Below the pieces are notes generated by a model. The model was given only the letters and a program-made list of their open reading frames with translations, was not told the origin of the DNA and did no database searches. Below, in pieces: positions 1-10,838 of a stretch of DNA of 64,000 nt (its first letter is position 1; each line of letters begins with the position of its first letter). The DNA is from an uncultured virus (IMG/VR IMGVR_UViG_3300042453_001906) (Duplodnaviria; Heunggongvirae; Uroviricota; Caudoviricetes): IMG/VR virus record IMGVR_UViG_3300042453_001906; one strand, 5' to 3'. The position numbers and the translations under genes are program-made.

Positions 1-438
1 GGAGGACAGGGTTCGTGGGTAGATATCGTAGAATGTCACATTCAATTTTGGATTTTTAGTGGAGTTCAAAATGATGAGATTTGCGGTGGACACATGCGTG
101 TTCACTGCCCGAAACTCTTCGTAATTTTCAACATTAGTGACTGACCGCATCCAGTTGTATAGTTCAAGCCAATTGCCCATGTTTTCGTCCACCACGAATC
201 CGATAGTCAACTCATCGAAATCAAGTTTGGAGGGACGAGAAATCTGTACGAACGGGGTGGGCATTATCACCTCGCTCATGGTAATGGTTGGCAAGGACGC
301 GCTTTGGCAAAAATACGAAACTTTCGGAAGACGAGTAATGCTGAACCGATAGTAGGTCGGCAGCAGTGGGTTCATGTGCTGCGGATACCGATTCAGTATT
401 CCGTCTTCTATGTCCGTGAAATTGTAAGGAATTGCCAT
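1..438 (-). CDS. gp3: Tail completion / tail tube terminator protein (T4 gp3-like), 3' end runs off the window
   Basis: Translated by hand from ATG at 438: MAIPYNFTDIEDGILNRYPQHMNPLLPTYYRFSITRLPKVSYFCQSASLPTITMSEVIMPTPFVQISRPSKLDFDELTIGFVVDENMGNWLELYNWM; typical gp3 motifs; follows gp23. Confidence 0.85.
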   Translation of the reverse strand, partial: MAIPYNFTDIEDGILNRYPQHMNPLLPTYYRFSITRLPKVSYFCQSASLPTITMSEVIMPTPFVQISRPSKLDFDELTIGFVVDENMGNWLELYNWMRSVTNVENYEEFRAVNTHVSTANLIILNSTKNPKLNVTFYDIYPRTLSS

Positions 439-461
439 ATGAGTATGTATGCCTCCAAACG

Positions 462-490
462 AAAAGGGGGAGAGGTTTCCCTCTCCCCCG
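462..490 (-). terminator. Rho-independent terminator after the major capsid gene
   Basis: 10-bp stem GGGGGAGAGG/CCTCTCCCCC, GAAA loop and U-tract on the minus strand. Confidence 0.85.
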
Positions 491-513
491 ATCCGTAAGG
501 TTGATGCCGTCTA

Positions 514-1974
514 TTACGAAGCCACGCCGTGGAGGTTGTCCACGCGGAAGATACGGTAATAGCGGTTGCTACGAGCGTTGAGTGCGCCTGCGCCTGCTCC
601 AGCACCCTCAGCGAAGGGGTTCGCAACCATGCCGTAGCGGGTCTTGAACGCCATCTTGGGCTGGAAGGTGGTGGTGTCAACGGCACGCATCATCTGTAGC
701 GGGACATAGGGGCAGTAGAACAGACCCGCATCGTAGGGGCTGGTTCCCTTGTACCCAACGCAGACGAAGTTGGTGTTCGTGCCGCTGGCAACATCCTGAT
801 AGGGGTCGATGTAGACCTTGATCTTGCCGTTGAGCGTACCCGCAAAGGTGTTGCCCGTGTCGTCAACATCAAGGCTGACATTCAGCGCGGGGCTGATGTT
901 CAGGAAGCCACCCATTGCGAGGGCAGAGGCAACATCTGCCGAGCAGATGATGAAGTTGCCCTTGCCGCGACGGGTATCCTTGGCGATCTGATTGCACTCA
1001 CGCTCAATCTGGAACATCAGACCACGGAACTTTTCCGCGCTCCAACGACCGTCAGAGTCCTGAATGAGATCGTAAACGCCACCGTACTTCGTGCCGTCAC
1101 CAGCGGTGGTTAGACCACCAACAACGGTCTTGTAGTACAGGTCGCTCTGCTGCGCTCCAAGACGAGCAGTGCGATAGACGGTGCGAACAACCTCGCGGTT
1201 GATTTCAGCAAGGATTTCCGTGCTGAGAATGTTGGCGAGTTCGGTTTCAGCATCCAAGCCGTGAACAGCCTTGAGGTCTTGGGCAAGTTCAACGCTGTAC
1301 GAAGCAGCCAACATGCGGGTTGCTGCCTGTACACCGACGCGCTCAATGCTGAATGCCATTTCCGCAGGGGCATTGGCTTCACCGAAAGCGGTTGTCAGCG
1401 GAGAACCGACAGTCAGACCGCTAGCCGATGTGGGGATGTTGGTGGTAGAGTATCCGAAGAACGGATCAACACCGTTGGTGTCGTAAGCAAGCGTTCCGGT
1501 TGGGCCGGTGTTACCGGAAGCCGTGCTGCTTGTTCCGTTGGTGTTTGTTCCAGCAGCACCGGAGAAGGTGGCTTGAGGCTCGTTGTAGAAAGCCTCAGTG
1601 CCGTTGGGGCCAAGATAACGGCTACGCATTGCGAAGATCAAGCCTGTCGGAGCCGACATGGCCTGAACGCCGCAGATATCGTAAGCCATCAGGTTGGGCA
1701 TGGCACGGCGAACCAACTGGATCAGAATTGGATCGTAGCCCTTGATGTTTCCAGCACCCGAGGGGCTGGCAAGGGTGTCCATGCCAACGCCGAGGCTTGA
1801 GGTTGGGCTTGGGCCTTCAACGAGCATCTGCTCCTTGATTGCCTTCTCTTGGTTCTCCAAGAGGGTGGCAGTGGTGGCGCGACGATGTGGATCCGTGATG
1901 GGAGCCATGTCGCTGTGATCAAGAACGGGCTTCCACTTGCGAAGAGCCTGTTCGGTTAGAACCTTATTCTCCAT
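514..1974 (-). CDS. gp23: Major capsid protein
   Basis: Motifs LLENQE, LVRRAMPNLMAYDICGVQAMSAPTGLIFAMRSRY, ELAQDLKAVHGLDAETELANILSTEILAEINRE, FYCPYVPL, FKTRYG. Confidence 0.99.
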   Translation of the reverse strand: MENKVLTEQALRKWKPVLDHSDMAPITDPHRRATTATLLENQEKAIKEQMLVEGPSPTSSLGVGMDTLASPSGAGNIKGYDPILIQLVRRAMPNLMAYDICGVQAMSAPTGLIFAMRSRYLGPNGTEAFYNEPQATFSGAAGTNTNGTSSTASGNTGPTGTLAYDTNGVDPFFGYSTTNIPTSASGLTVGSPLTTAFGEANAPAEMAFSIERVGVQAATRMLAASYSVELAQDLKAVHGLDAETELANILSTEILAEINREVVRTVYRTARLGAQQSDLYYKTVVGGLTTAGDGTKYGGVYDLIQDSDGRWSAEKFRGLMFQIERECNQIAKDTRRGKGNFIICSADVASALAMGGFLNISPALNVSLDVDDTGNTFAGTLNGKIKVYIDPYQDVASGTNTNFVCVGYKGTSPYDAGLFYCPYVPLQMMRAVDTTTFQPKMAFKTRYGMVANPFAEGAGAGAGALNARSNRYYRIFRVDNLHGVAS

Positions 1975-2028
1975 TGTAGTATCTCCTTGTTGTTAACAGT
2001 CAGGAAGACTGATTAGGGGTGTAGTAAA

Positions 2029-3162
2029 TTAGTCCTTGGATCGGCTCATGGACTTGATATACGCCTCCATGAGTGGTGATGCTTCAGACTCTTCCTCGTA
2101 AGATTCCTCAAGGGAGTCTTCGTTGGATGGTTCGCTGGCAACAGAGGTGTTGCCGATGTTTTCGATGTTCTCGCGCAGAACAGAGAGTTTTTCGGCAAAC
2201 TGCTCAACCGAATCAAACTCAATGCTTTCCGCGAGGTTGCGGAGTTTCTGAGTTTCGGTGTCGGTGAGTCCTTCTGCCATCTCGCGGAACAGGAGTTCGC
2301 AGCGGAGTTGTTCACACTCATCGCTGACTTCCATGTTCTTGCTGACCTGTTCATCTAGTTCAGTCTTGAGGGTTTCGTAATCCTCAACAGTGGACTCAAA
2401 CAGGTCAAGTTTCTCCTCGGGAACTTCAATGTACGACTCCGCGAACACGCCGCGCAGTTTCTCAATGAAGCCTTCGGTAATCTCGGTGCGAAGACCGTTG
2501 CTGACCGCAAGACGGTTTTCCTGCATCCACTCTTCAACCACATAGTTCAGGTACTCGTCAATGCGCTCAACCATTTCTTCGGTGACCGCAAGAGTGTGTT
2601 CCTCAAGGAGAGTGGAGTACTTGGCTTGCAGTTCCTCCTCAATCTCCTGTGTACGGGCAACAACCTGAGCCTCAAACAGCGTGGCTGCTTCGGTCTTGAA
2701 CTCCTCGGTTAGATCCTTGCCAGCAAACAAGGTTTCGATGCTCTCCTTCATGGAGGGCTTCTCAATCTTGCCACTGGCTGCGCTTGGTTTGGGCTTGATT
2801 GTACCACGATTCTTGTCAGCACTGACATCCGTGGGTTCAGCAATCTTTGCACCCTTCTTGTTCACATCGTGGGTGATCTTGGTATCGGCATAATCTGAAG
2901 CGGCTTCCTTCATGGACTTCTTCTTCAGGAAGGCAGGCTTCTTGTCCTCCTCTTCCTCTTCCTCTTCTTCGCCCTCTTCTTCTTCAGACTCGTCTTCCTC
3001 TGACTCGTCTTCATCCTTCTTGGCTTCCTCAATGTCTTCTACTTCCTCCTCAAACACCTCTTCCTCAACCTGTTCGGGTTCGGTGGACTCGGTGTTCTCG
3101 GCAAGGAAATTCTCCCCGAGGATTACCTTCTTGATGACATCTTCGATCTTTTCGTTAGCCAT
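2029..3162 (-). CDS. gp22: Prohead core scaffolding protein
   Basis: Acidic coiled coil; LTEEFK..AATLFEA and YLNYVVEEWMQEN motifs; between gp21 and gp23. Confidence 0.95.
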   Translation of the reverse strand: MANEKIEDVIKKVILGENFLAENTESTEPEQVEEEVFEEEVEDIEEAKKDEDESEEDESEEEEGEEEEEEEEDKKPAFLKKKSMKEAASDYADTKITHDVNKKGAKIAEPTDVSADKNRGTIKPKPSAASGKIEKPSMKESIETLFAGKDLTEEFKTEAATLFEAQVVARTQEIEEELQAKYSTLLEEHTLAVTEEMVERIDEYLNYVVEEWMQENRLAVSNGLRTEITEGFIEKLRGVFAESYIEVPEEKLDLFESTVEDYETLKTELDEQVSKNMEVSDECEQLRCELLFREMAEGLTDTETQKLRNLAESIEFDSVEQFAEKLSVLRENIENIGNTSVASEPSNEDSLEESYEEESEASPLMEAYIKSMSRSKD

Positions 3163-3195
3163 GACTGGAGTTCTCCTTTGAAATATGTAGACGCT

Positions 3196-3837
3196 TCAGA
3201 GTCTTGAGATAAAGTCTTTGAACAGGTTCATTGCCTGCTCTTCTAGTTTGCGTGATGGGGTGTTTTGAATTACCTTCTTGTAATTCTCAATGACTACTGG
3301 CTTGAGAACCCCGTTTTCCCAAATCCATTCCCGACCTTCCATGATTCCGTTGACGAAAGCGTTTGGCGCAGACGGGTCAGCGACCACATCCACTGCCGCA
3401 AGCATGAAGTCTTCCTGTACCACATTTACCCCGTCCTGCTCCTTCAGACTGCCCATGCCACGGGACGAAACGCCTAGTTTCACGCCCTCGTCAATGAGGT
3501 TGCGGACAATCTTGCCGTATGGGGTGTCAAGAATCTTGGCTTTGCCGTACACATCGTTCTTCTCTAAGCGCAAGTCCTTGATGAGATGGGACACGCGCTC
3601 CAAGTTCACGGTTGGGCCCTCGGGGTGACCCAGTTCGCCCATTGCGCGGTTGGTCTTCACATATTCCTTCTGATACCGATCCAGTTCCTTCTCCATGACG
3701 GCAATGGGATACACGCGACCGTTGCGGTTCTTCGCTTCAGCCTGCATGAACACGCCTTCAATGAAGTAGTGCTTCTGACCGTCTTTGGTTTCGGTCAGAA
3801 TGTTGATGTCCTGAACTGTTTCGGTGATTAGTTTCAT
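3196..3837 (-). CDS. gp21: Prohead core protease
   Basis: MKLITE, NRNGRVYP, GELGHP, GVSSRGMGSL, DVVADPSAPNAFV. Confidence 0.98.
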   Translation of the reverse strand: MKLITETVQDINILTETKDGQKHYFIEGVFMQAEAKNRNGRVYPIAVMEKELDRYQKEYVKTNRAMGELGHPEGPTVNLERVSHLIKDLRLEKNDVYGKAKILDTPYGKIVRNLIDEGVKLGVSSRGMGSLKEQDGVNVVQEDFMLAAVDVVADPSAPNAFVNGIMEGREWIWENGVLKPVVIENYKKVIQNTPSRKLEEQAMNLFKDFISRL

Positions 3838-4319
3838 CAGTCCTTAGCCTTCTTGTTGTACTGCTTCCAAGCGGTGGCGTACATTACTTCCTTGCCGCGC
3901 TTGCCGTACTGCTTGGCGAACGAAGCCTTGGTCTTCTTGGAGCCTGTCATCTTCTCCATGCCCGGAGGCGACACTTCATCAATCTGCTCTGCTTCTTCCT
4001 TCATGCTGCCAGCAGGAACGCCCTTTCCAAGTTTAGCCTTGTGACCAGCCTTCTTGATCTCTGCACGGGCAGCGGTGAACTTGTCCTCGCTTGCGCCTGC
4101 GGGAACGCCTGTGGTCTTCGCGGCTTCTTCGATTTCTTCTTCCTGAGTTTCTTCGGCTTCTTCGCCCTTTGCCTCAGCAAAAAGATCGGCAGCAATCTTT
4201 ACCCGCTCCTCGTCCATCAGGACTGAAGCCTTGGCATACAGGGACTTGAAAACGCTTTCCTTAGCGTCCACATAGTTCTTCTCTAGCAGGGCTTTTACGA
4301 TCTTCTTGTTGGTATCCAT
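3837..4319 (-). CDS. Prohead core protein (gp67/gp68-like position) with appended small domain
   Basis: Between portal and protease; acidic IEE tracts; C-terminal KQYGKRGKEVMYATAWK motif. Confidence 0.6.
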   Translation of the reverse strand: MDTNKKIVKALLEKNYVDAKESVFKSLYAKASVLMDEERVKIAADLFAEAKGEEAEETQEEEIEEAAKTTGVPAGASEDKFTAARAEIKKAGHKAKLGKGVPAGSMKEEAEQIDEVSPPGMEKMTGSKKTKASFAKQYGKRGKEVMYATAWKQYNKKAKD

Positions 4320-4388
4320 GTGTTCTCCTTGTCTGACCTATTTATTTAGATTGGCTATATTTTCCGCGAAATAGACGGGTTTGAAAAA

Positions 4389-6086
4389 TCATTCCTTGGG
4401 GTTGCCAAACTCGTCTTCATCCTCGTCACCCCCGACAATTTCCCCGATTGTGATATTTGACGGAGGTGTTCCTGCTCCCTCCTCCGGGGCAGTCGCTGTC
4501 CCCGGCTGAGGCACACCTTGGTCTGCCACCGGGGTCTGTGTCCCTTCGGGGGCAACAATCTTGCCCTCTGCCATCTCTTCCTTGATGGCATTGTCGATTT
4601 CTTCAATGTCTTCAGCGGTCTGTTTCAAAATATGACGGCGCACGAAATCGCGGGAGTAATATTTGCCAACAAAATCCTCTGCGTCCCGTGCTGTCTGTAG
4701 ACGATCCTTGAGTACTTCGCTCTCCTTGAGTTCGGAGAAATGCGAGTCTTTGTTGAATTTAAAGGCAATTTTTGGTTCAATGTCCTTCCACTCGTCTTCA
4801 CGAATGATTCCCTTCAGAATCAACTGTATGCGGAGCAAGTTCAGGAATACCTCAGAGAATTTCATGCGGAGGCGTTCCACAAACTTGAAGAATTTTACTT
4901 CGTCCCGACTGATCTCTGATGCACGACCAATATTGAAGCCTGTGCTTTCCTCCAACCGAGTAGTGGGAACATTCAGGGATTGAAATAGTTTCTTCTGGAA
5001 GTACTTGACATCTTCCATTTCGCCAAGATTCTGTCCACCTTGCAGGGTGCTGACTTCCGTGCCCTTGCCACCTTCTCGGCGTGGCATCCAGAAATCTTCA
5101 AGCATGGACATGTGCTTGCGCTGATCGTTTATCTCACCAGTGGTGGGATCGTACATGAGTTTGTTGCGATATCGCTGCATCAGCCCACGCACATACTCTT
5201 CTGCCTTTTGCTTGGGAAGATTTCCCACATCCACATAGAATATGCGCCGCTCGGGGGCACGGGCAAGACGATAGATGATCACAGCGTCCTCAATCATACG
5301 CAACTGATTGAGTGCCTTGATTGCTTTGTGTAGATAGCCAATGATCTTCTTGCGCCGAGAATCATACAATCCGCTGTGGACAAAGCAAACAGCATCAGGA
5401 TTGATCTTCAATCCGTCAAGAGTCATGGTTGAAGACGACTGGTCTTGTTCACTGTAAATGTAGAACTCTTCTATGTCCGAAACCAAGTTTATGCCAAGTG
5501 GGTTGGCACTGTTTTCTACGCCTTTGCCTCCCGATGGCATGGGCTTCTTCTTTATCTTGCGAACCTTTCTGATCCGTGTGGGATCAATAGGACGCAATTC
5601 CAGTATGCCCTTCTTCTTGTTCTTTTCGTCAATAATGATGTGATAGTAGATTCTGCTGTCCACATACCACTTACGAAACAACTCGTATCCACGGCGAGTA
5701 AAGTCAAGCAACTGCATGACTTCGTGGAACTCGTCTTCAATTTTGTCCTTGATTGCCTTGGACTGCTTTACTGCGGACACATCAATTTTCACGGCATCAA
5801 GCGTGTCGTTGTACACAATGCTTTCGTTGCAGATGTCAGCGATTGCACTTTCGCACTCCGGGTGAAGTGCCATTTCGCGGTACTTGTAGATTAGTTCAAT
5901 ATCGGATTTTACAGAACCATCAAAATCAACATATGCTCCAAAGTACCCACCCACCTCAATTGGTGTTGCTCCGTCATCGTAGTCAGGAGGCACAAAAGAA
6001 ACAGGCTTCTTGAGGATGTCCTCCGCAGAAGCCGTGTCCCTTGCGTCCTTTTTGCCAATACTAAAACCAAACAAGTTGATTGCCAT
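4389..6086 (-). CDS. gp20: Portal vertex protein
   Basis: LFGFSI, YLHKAIKALNQLRMIEDAVIIYRLARAPERRIFYVDVGNLPK, EDFWMPRREGGKGTE. Confidence 0.99.
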   Translation of the reverse strand: MAINLFGFSIGKKDARDTASAEDILKKPVSFVPPDYDDGATPIEVGGYFGAYVDFDGSVKSDIELIYKYREMALHPECESAIADICNESIVYNDTLDAVKIDVSAVKQSKAIKDKIEDEFHEVMQLLDFTRRGYELFRKWYVDSRIYYHIIIDEKNKKKGILELRPIDPTRIRKVRKIKKKPMPSGGKGVENSANPLGINLVSDIEEFYIYSEQDQSSSTMTLDGLKINPDAVCFVHSGLYDSRRKKIIGYLHKAIKALNQLRMIEDAVIIYRLARAPERRIFYVDVGNLPKQKAEEYVRGLMQRYRNKLMYDPTTGEINDQRKHMSMLEDFWMPRREGGKGTEVSTLQGGQNLGEMEDVKYFQKKLFQSLNVPTTRLEESTGFNIGRASEISRDEVKFFKFVERLRMKFSEVFLNLLRIQLILKGIIREDEWKDIEPKIAFKFNKDSHFSELKESEVLKDRLQTARDAEDFVGKYYSRDFVRRHILKQTAEDIEEIDNAIKEEMAEGKIVAPEGTQTPVADQGVPQPGTATAPEEGAGTPPSNITIGEIVGGDEDEDEFGNPKE

Positions 6087-6111
6087 GATGAAGATACCCT
6101 TTCAGAGTGTA

Positions 6112-6726
6112 TTAGAACCCAATACCGATGTTGATTCCAAGATTCTGTAGGAGGGCATTGAGGTTGATGCCCGAGCCACTGCCAATTGCCGGGATAGCAC
6201 CACCGGGTGCTGCTTCCCACCAAGAGTAATTGATGGTTACCGGGAATTCTGCAATCTGATCGTTGTTCTCGTAAGACAGGTCGATGGTTCCGACCTCGGA
6301 CGGGAAGCAACCAACAAAACTGTATGTGCGAAGTGCTTCGCCGTCACGGTGCAGTTGCGTGACCGACCAAGTTGGCATGAACTCCATGAAGTTGCGTGGG
6401 GCAACATTGGAGGTGTGCGAATTGAAGATTGCGCTCCAGTTTTCAAATGCAGAACGGAGTGACAGGTTGGAGTCAGAAATGACCGTCAACTGCCAGTCTT
6501 GGAAAGTGCGATCACCGGGCAGTTTGATCCGGCGACCACGATACGGAACCTCAATGGTTCCAAGAGATGACGCAGGAATCTGTGCGGCTTTGCACAAGAA
6601 CGATACGGCTCGGTTGTTTGCAAAGCCGGGAATCGTGCCATTAACCACGAACAGATTTGTGCGTACACCACCGCCTGCAAAGGCATTCACAAATCCTGAA
6701 ATGTTGTTGGTTGGATCTACTGGCAT
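6112..6726 (-). CDS. gp19: Tail tube protein
   Basis: FLCKAAQIPASSLGTIEVPYRGRRIKLPGDRTFQDW, GCFPSEVGTIDLSY. Confidence 0.97.
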   Translation of the reverse strand: MPVDPTNNISGFVNAFAGGGVRTNLFVVNGTIPGFANNRAVSFLCKAAQIPASSLGTIEVPYRGRRIKLPGDRTFQDWQLTVISDSNLSLRSAFENWSAIFNSHTSNVAPRNFMEFMPTWSVTQLHRDGEALRTYSFVGCFPSEVGTIDLSYENNDQIAEFPVTINYSWWEAAPGGAIPAIGSGSGINLNALLQNLGINIGIGF

Positions 6727-6763
6727 TTACTTGCTCCTTTTTTTAGCCTCAATATCTATACGA

Positions 6764-8800
6764 TCAGCCACCGACTTCGCTGAAATTCACGCCTGTCTTG
6801 GTGGCAATGAAGTTCAACTGGATGAAGTTGATGCTGCGGGTCGGCTTGACAAAGATATCGGCTACAAACTCGTTGCGGTCGATGACTTCGCCAGTGTTGT
6901 TGGTTTCGTCGCACACCACCTTGAAGTCGGTGATGCCACGGCGTTGCTGAACCGTCTTGAGGAACGGAACCACAAGGTTCTTGAACTGTGCGCGGGTGAA
7001 CGCATCGTTCTGTTCAAACAAGAAGAACTTAGATGCGGTGGCAATTGCCTTCTCAAGAATAATGAACAGGCGACGAACATTGATGCGGTCAAAAGCGGAT
7101 GGCTTTGTCTGCATGGTCTTGTCACCGAACAGGATCACGCCTTCGCCGGGGAACGACACGACAGGATTTACCTGACGGGTGTACAGTTCATCGCGGTGCG
7201 CTTCGGAAGACGGGTTGTATGCCAACTTCACAACGCTCTTGACCTGACCACGGTTGAATCCCGCAGGCGAGAACCAAGCCTCGTTGGTGAATTCAGTACG
7301 CGCCACCAGTCCTGCAATGTCAGCGTTCAGGGGCATGGGTCGGATGACATTGTTGTAGGTATCAAGTTGATACTTCCAACCGCTGTCAAGAACCGCATAC
7401 GAAGAGTTGACATTGAAGGTGCTGTCACGGAAAGTCTTGAGGTTGTTCAAGGCTTCGTAGGGCAGGGCATTCACAACATCCGTGGAAGAGGGTGAAGCAA
7501 ATGCCATGCAGTCCAGACGCTTCTCGCAAACATTGTTGATCACGAGTTTTGCAAGGGTGGGCGAAGCGTTTCCGAGAGGCAGAAGCGAAACATCCACAAG
7601 GTCTGCGTCCGCGAAATAACTCCAACCATCGTTCCACCGTTCGCTGTCGGTGGGAGTTGCGTTTGCTCCGTTTCCGAGGGGCAGAGAAACAACATCGTGA
7701 TTCATCAGACGCGCTCCGCTGATTGCGCTCAACTTTGTCCAGTCTGTCTTGGTAGACAACTGGTTGTCTGTGTTGTTTGCAAGATCGCGTGAAATTGCGT
7801 AGATGTAGTTGGACTGCTCACGAATCACATCCTTATAGTAGTTGCCTGAACCGTCACCGTTGCGTGCGTCCTTGGCACGGGAAACTCCCTCAAACTTCTC
7901 AAGCAAGGAGTTTGCCGTTCCTGTCCACTTTCCGTCACGATCCATGACGAGAACACTGATCAAGTCACCGGAACCACCCACGCTGTCTGCGTAGTTTGTG
8001 GTAGTGGCAACAGTGTTCACAAATTTGCTGTACACGCTCTTGACTTCAAAAGTCGATCCAGCGTTTTGAGCCTTTGGAATGGGATTTTGGAAAATAACCT
8101 TCATATAGCCGAAGGCTTCGGAGGTTACTCCCTGATACTCGCCGTTTGCGGGAGTTATATCAACGAAAGAAGAAGTGTTTCCTGCCAAGTTGCGCTGAAT
8201 GCTTGACACAAGAACGCTTGTGCCGTCTGCAAATCGGATTTCGTCACCGTAAGCAAAATTGTATTTCTCTGCATCATCCTTTACGCAGAAAGTCATGCCA
8301 GCGTCACCGAAGGAAACCGGGCTAGCCAGCGTAACTCCTCCGTATGTGGTGATTCCTGCTCCACTAATCACAACCACCCGTAGGCTGTTTCCAAGCGCAC
8401 CGGGGAATTTTCCGGTAAAGACAACTCCATTGGTTGCGGCTGTGGAAATATTACTGGGATTGGCATCGTATTCGTTTTCGTTGTTGATGTCTATCCCACC
8501 AGTAGAACCGCTGATCAGCGCAGCAGAGTTGGTGGCAGAAGAACCCACCACGCGAACCACTTGCATACTGTTGCCGTACTGCAAGAAGTTGGCAGGAGTG
8601 AAGAAATCCACATAGTTGGTGGAATCGGGCTTTCCAAAAATTGAAGCCAATTCGGTTTCATTGGCAACAGTCACGATCTGCTTGCAAGGACCCCAATAGT
8701 AGTAACCAGCGTAGCCTCCGGGGGTGGTGGCAACAGCAGGAACAATTGTGGTCAGGTCGATTTCTTTGATGCTTACGCCGGGGCTAACTCTGAATCCCAT
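6764..8800 (-). CDS. gp18: Contractile tail sheath protein
   Basis: SPGVSIKEIDLT, WFSPAGFNRG, FGDKT, FDRINVRRLF, KPTRSINFI. Confidence 0.98.
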   Translation of the reverse strand: MGFRVSPGVSIKEIDLTTIVPAVATTPGGYAGYYYWGPCKQIVTVANETELASIFGKPDSTNYVDFFTPANFLQYGNSMQVVRVVGSSATNSAALISGSTGGIDINNENEYDANPSNISTAATNGVVFTGKFPGALGNSLRVVVISGAGITTYGGVTLASPVSFGDAGMTFCVKDDAEKYNFAYGDEIRFADGTSVLVSSIQRNLAGNTSSFVDITPANGEYQGVTSEAFGYMKVIFQNPIPKAQNAGSTFEVKSVYSKFVNTVATTTNYADSVGGSGDLISVLVMDRDGKWTGTANSLLEKFEGVSRAKDARNGDGSGNYYKDVIREQSNYIYAISRDLANNTDNQLSTKTDWTKLSAISGARLMNHDVVSLPLGNGANATPTDSERWNDGWSYFADADLVDVSLLPLGNASPTLAKLVINNVCEKRLDCMAFASPSSTDVVNALPYEALNNLKTFRDSTFNVNSSYAVLDSGWKYQLDTYNNVIRPMPLNADIAGLVARTEFTNEAWFSPAGFNRGQVKSVVKLAYNPSSEAHRDELYTRQVNPVVSFPGEGVILFGDKTMQTKPSAFDRINVRRLFIILEKAIATASKFFLFEQNDAFTRAQFKNLVVPFLKTVQQRRGITDFKVVCDETNNTGEVIDRNEFVADIFVKPTRSINFIQLNFIATKTGVNFSEVGG

Positions 8801-8883
8801 TGTGGTATCTCCTTCGTCTGTGAAGCACGGGGTTCGGTGTCGTTACTTCTACTTGTATGTATTATTTGGATTTTTCTGACGGA

Positions 8884-10533
8884 TCACCTAACAGGATCGT
8901 CGCCCCAATTCCAAGCAGTTCCGGTGCTATCCGTGAAGTTTTGTGGTTCTCCGCCATCGTCTATGAATCCAAACGGGGTCATTTCTTCCTCTAAATTTTT
9001 CATTTGGTCTTCGTACAGGTCACGCCGAATATCGCTGCCCGTGATATCTTTAAAATATGCCTGTGTGGTAAGCCACCCAAACAGCACCAGAGTCATAACC
9101 AAGTCGTCGTGATGGTTTTCTTCTGCCTCGAAAGAATCGCCCTTGGCAACAAACGAACACAACTCGTCCACCACATTAAAGTCTTCAACAATTAGTTTGG
9201 AGTCTTCAAGCAGATTTTTCAGAATGGAGCAGCCTATTCGTTTCACTGCACCGGATGTCTTTACGCCCTTCATGGACGATCCGCCGCGACCGAATCCACC
9301 GTTCACCACCTGTCCCTTGCGCCCTTGCATCTGCACATAAATGATGTTGTCGTACTCCAATTCATCATGCAGGATGTCTGCAACCTGTTGCCCAATGTCA
9401 TTGATTTCTATCAACACATACGCATTGTTGTACTGCCGTGCTATGGGATAGATGGCATTGGGGTACAACATGGGCGGGAGTTCGTTGTTCCTGAAGGTGG
9501 CAGCAACCCGATACGGCATCTGCGACACATCAATCACGGAGTATGCGTGGTAGTCCTGACCAACGCCTCGGGAGGTATCAACCACTATGACATACTTGTG
9601 GTTAGGAAGCGGACGAGCGTACACACGCAACCCTTCTCCATTGGAAAATTCCGGGGTTCGATATGCCATGCACTTGAGTTTTTCTGGATGGACAAGGGTG
9701 TGAACCGATCCCAAGAATTCGCATTCAAACTCTGTTCGGAACTGCTCTTCCGATGTGTTTGAGATGGTCTGCTTTTTCCACTCGTCATCACGACCGGGCA
9801 CATCGCTCCAATGCACCTCTATTGGCACATACTCGTTTTTTCCTTCTTCTCCCAGTCGCTTGTTGGCATTCACCCACAGGCGGTAAAACATATTCAAGCC
9901 CTTGGGGGTGGACACGATGATGACCTTGGTTTCCTTGCCGCTTGTGATCGTGGGGTACACCGATGAGAAGAACTCTTCTGCGACATTCTGCGGCACATAC
10001 GCAAACTCGTCCAACATAATGCAGTTAAACGATCCACCACGAACAGCGGACGACGATGTTGCTGCGGCAAGCACCTTGGAGCCGTTCTCCAACACGATTG
10101 AACCCTTGTTCCACTCCACCACACCCTGCTGCAACCACAGTGGCAAGTACTCGTAGGCAAGTTTCAGACGACCGAGCAGTTCACGGGCAGTAGCCAGTTT
10201 GTTGGCAAGAATGGCTACGCTCATGCTCTGGTTGAAAAGGATGTAGTGGAGCAAAGACGCAACCACTGTAGTGGACTTGCCGCTCTGACGGGGAAGTTTG
10301 GCAATCACGAATCGGTTGTTGTGTATCTTTCGAACAATATCCTCTTGAAAATCGTATGGCTCAAAAGGAACCAAGCCCTTGTCCAACGACACGATCTTCA
10401 CATAATTCTTGATGAAGTACAGGGGGTCTTGGGAACACTTCACATACTCCTCAATCTGCTTGGGCGTGAAATTGATGTTCACTCCCGCTGCCTTCAGGTT
10501 GGAATTTCCCAAATAACTTTCGCTTTTGTTCAT
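8884..10533 (-). CDS. gp17: Terminase large subunit
   Basis: Walker A PRQSGKST, Walker B MLDEFAYV, STPKG, nuclease HDDLVM. Confidence 0.99.
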   Translation of the reverse strand: MNKSESYLGNSNLKAAGVNINFTPKQIEEYVKCSQDPLYFIKNYVKIVSLDKGLVPFEPYDFQEDIVRKIHNNRFVIAKLPRQSGKSTTVVASLLHYILFNQSMSVAILANKLATARELLGRLKLAYEYLPLWLQQGVVEWNKGSIVLENGSKVLAAATSSSAVRGGSFNCIMLDEFAYVPQNVAEEFFSSVYPTITSGKETKVIIVSTPKGLNMFYRLWVNANKRLGEEGKNEYVPIEVHWSDVPGRDDEWKKQTISNTSEEQFRTEFECEFLGSVHTLVHPEKLKCMAYRTPEFSNGEGLRVYARPLPNHKYVIVVDTSRGVGQDYHAYSVIDVSQMPYRVAATFRNNELPPMLYPNAIYPIARQYNNAYVLIEINDIGQQVADILHDELEYDNIIYVQMQGRKGQVVNGGFGRGGSSMKGVKTSGAVKRIGCSILKNLLEDSKLIVEDFNVVDELCSFVAKGDSFEAEENHHDDLVMTLVLFGWLTTQAYFKDITGSDIRRDLYEDQMKNLEEEMTPFGFIDDGGEPQNFTDSTGTAWNWGDDPVR

Positions 10534-10838
10534 GGGGATTCCACCTTTCCAAGAATCACACCTTTGTATTTCAAAGTGAACGGCGCACCAACAGCAAGAA
10601 CAGCATTTGTCTTTTCCGTTGGACTGTACTCAACAATCTTGCAGTAATCATGTTCCACGCTTTCACGGGTGATTCCCCCTTTGCACGATGCACACAGGGA
10701 CGAATCGTATATCCGTTTTGCTCTGGTATACCACCCAAAAAGCGCACTTGGCGCACGGCAAATTCCTGTGCGGGAGTCTTCTCCTGCGTACAGGTGCTTC
10801 AACAAATCAAGGGGAGATTCGAAAATCAGTTCGTCCAT
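10530..10838 (-). CDS. Hypothetical protein between terminase subunits
   Basis: Likely start MDELIFES at 10838; overlaps both neighbours; CxxC motif. Confidence 0.6.
   Translation of the reverse strand: MDELIFESPLDLLKHLYAGEDSRTGICRAPSALFGWYTRAKRIYDSSLCASCKGGITRESVEHDYCKIVEYSPTEKTNAVLAVGAPFTLKYKGVILGKVESP

Noticed and set aside
6284..7495. 403-aa plus-strand ORF
   Set aside because: Antisense shadow of gp18/gp19; no RBS or recognisable motifs
514..10533. Introns, inteins or homing endonucleases in capsid, portal, sheath or terminase genes
   Set aside because: All ORFs are continuous and of ordinary length; no such motifs seen
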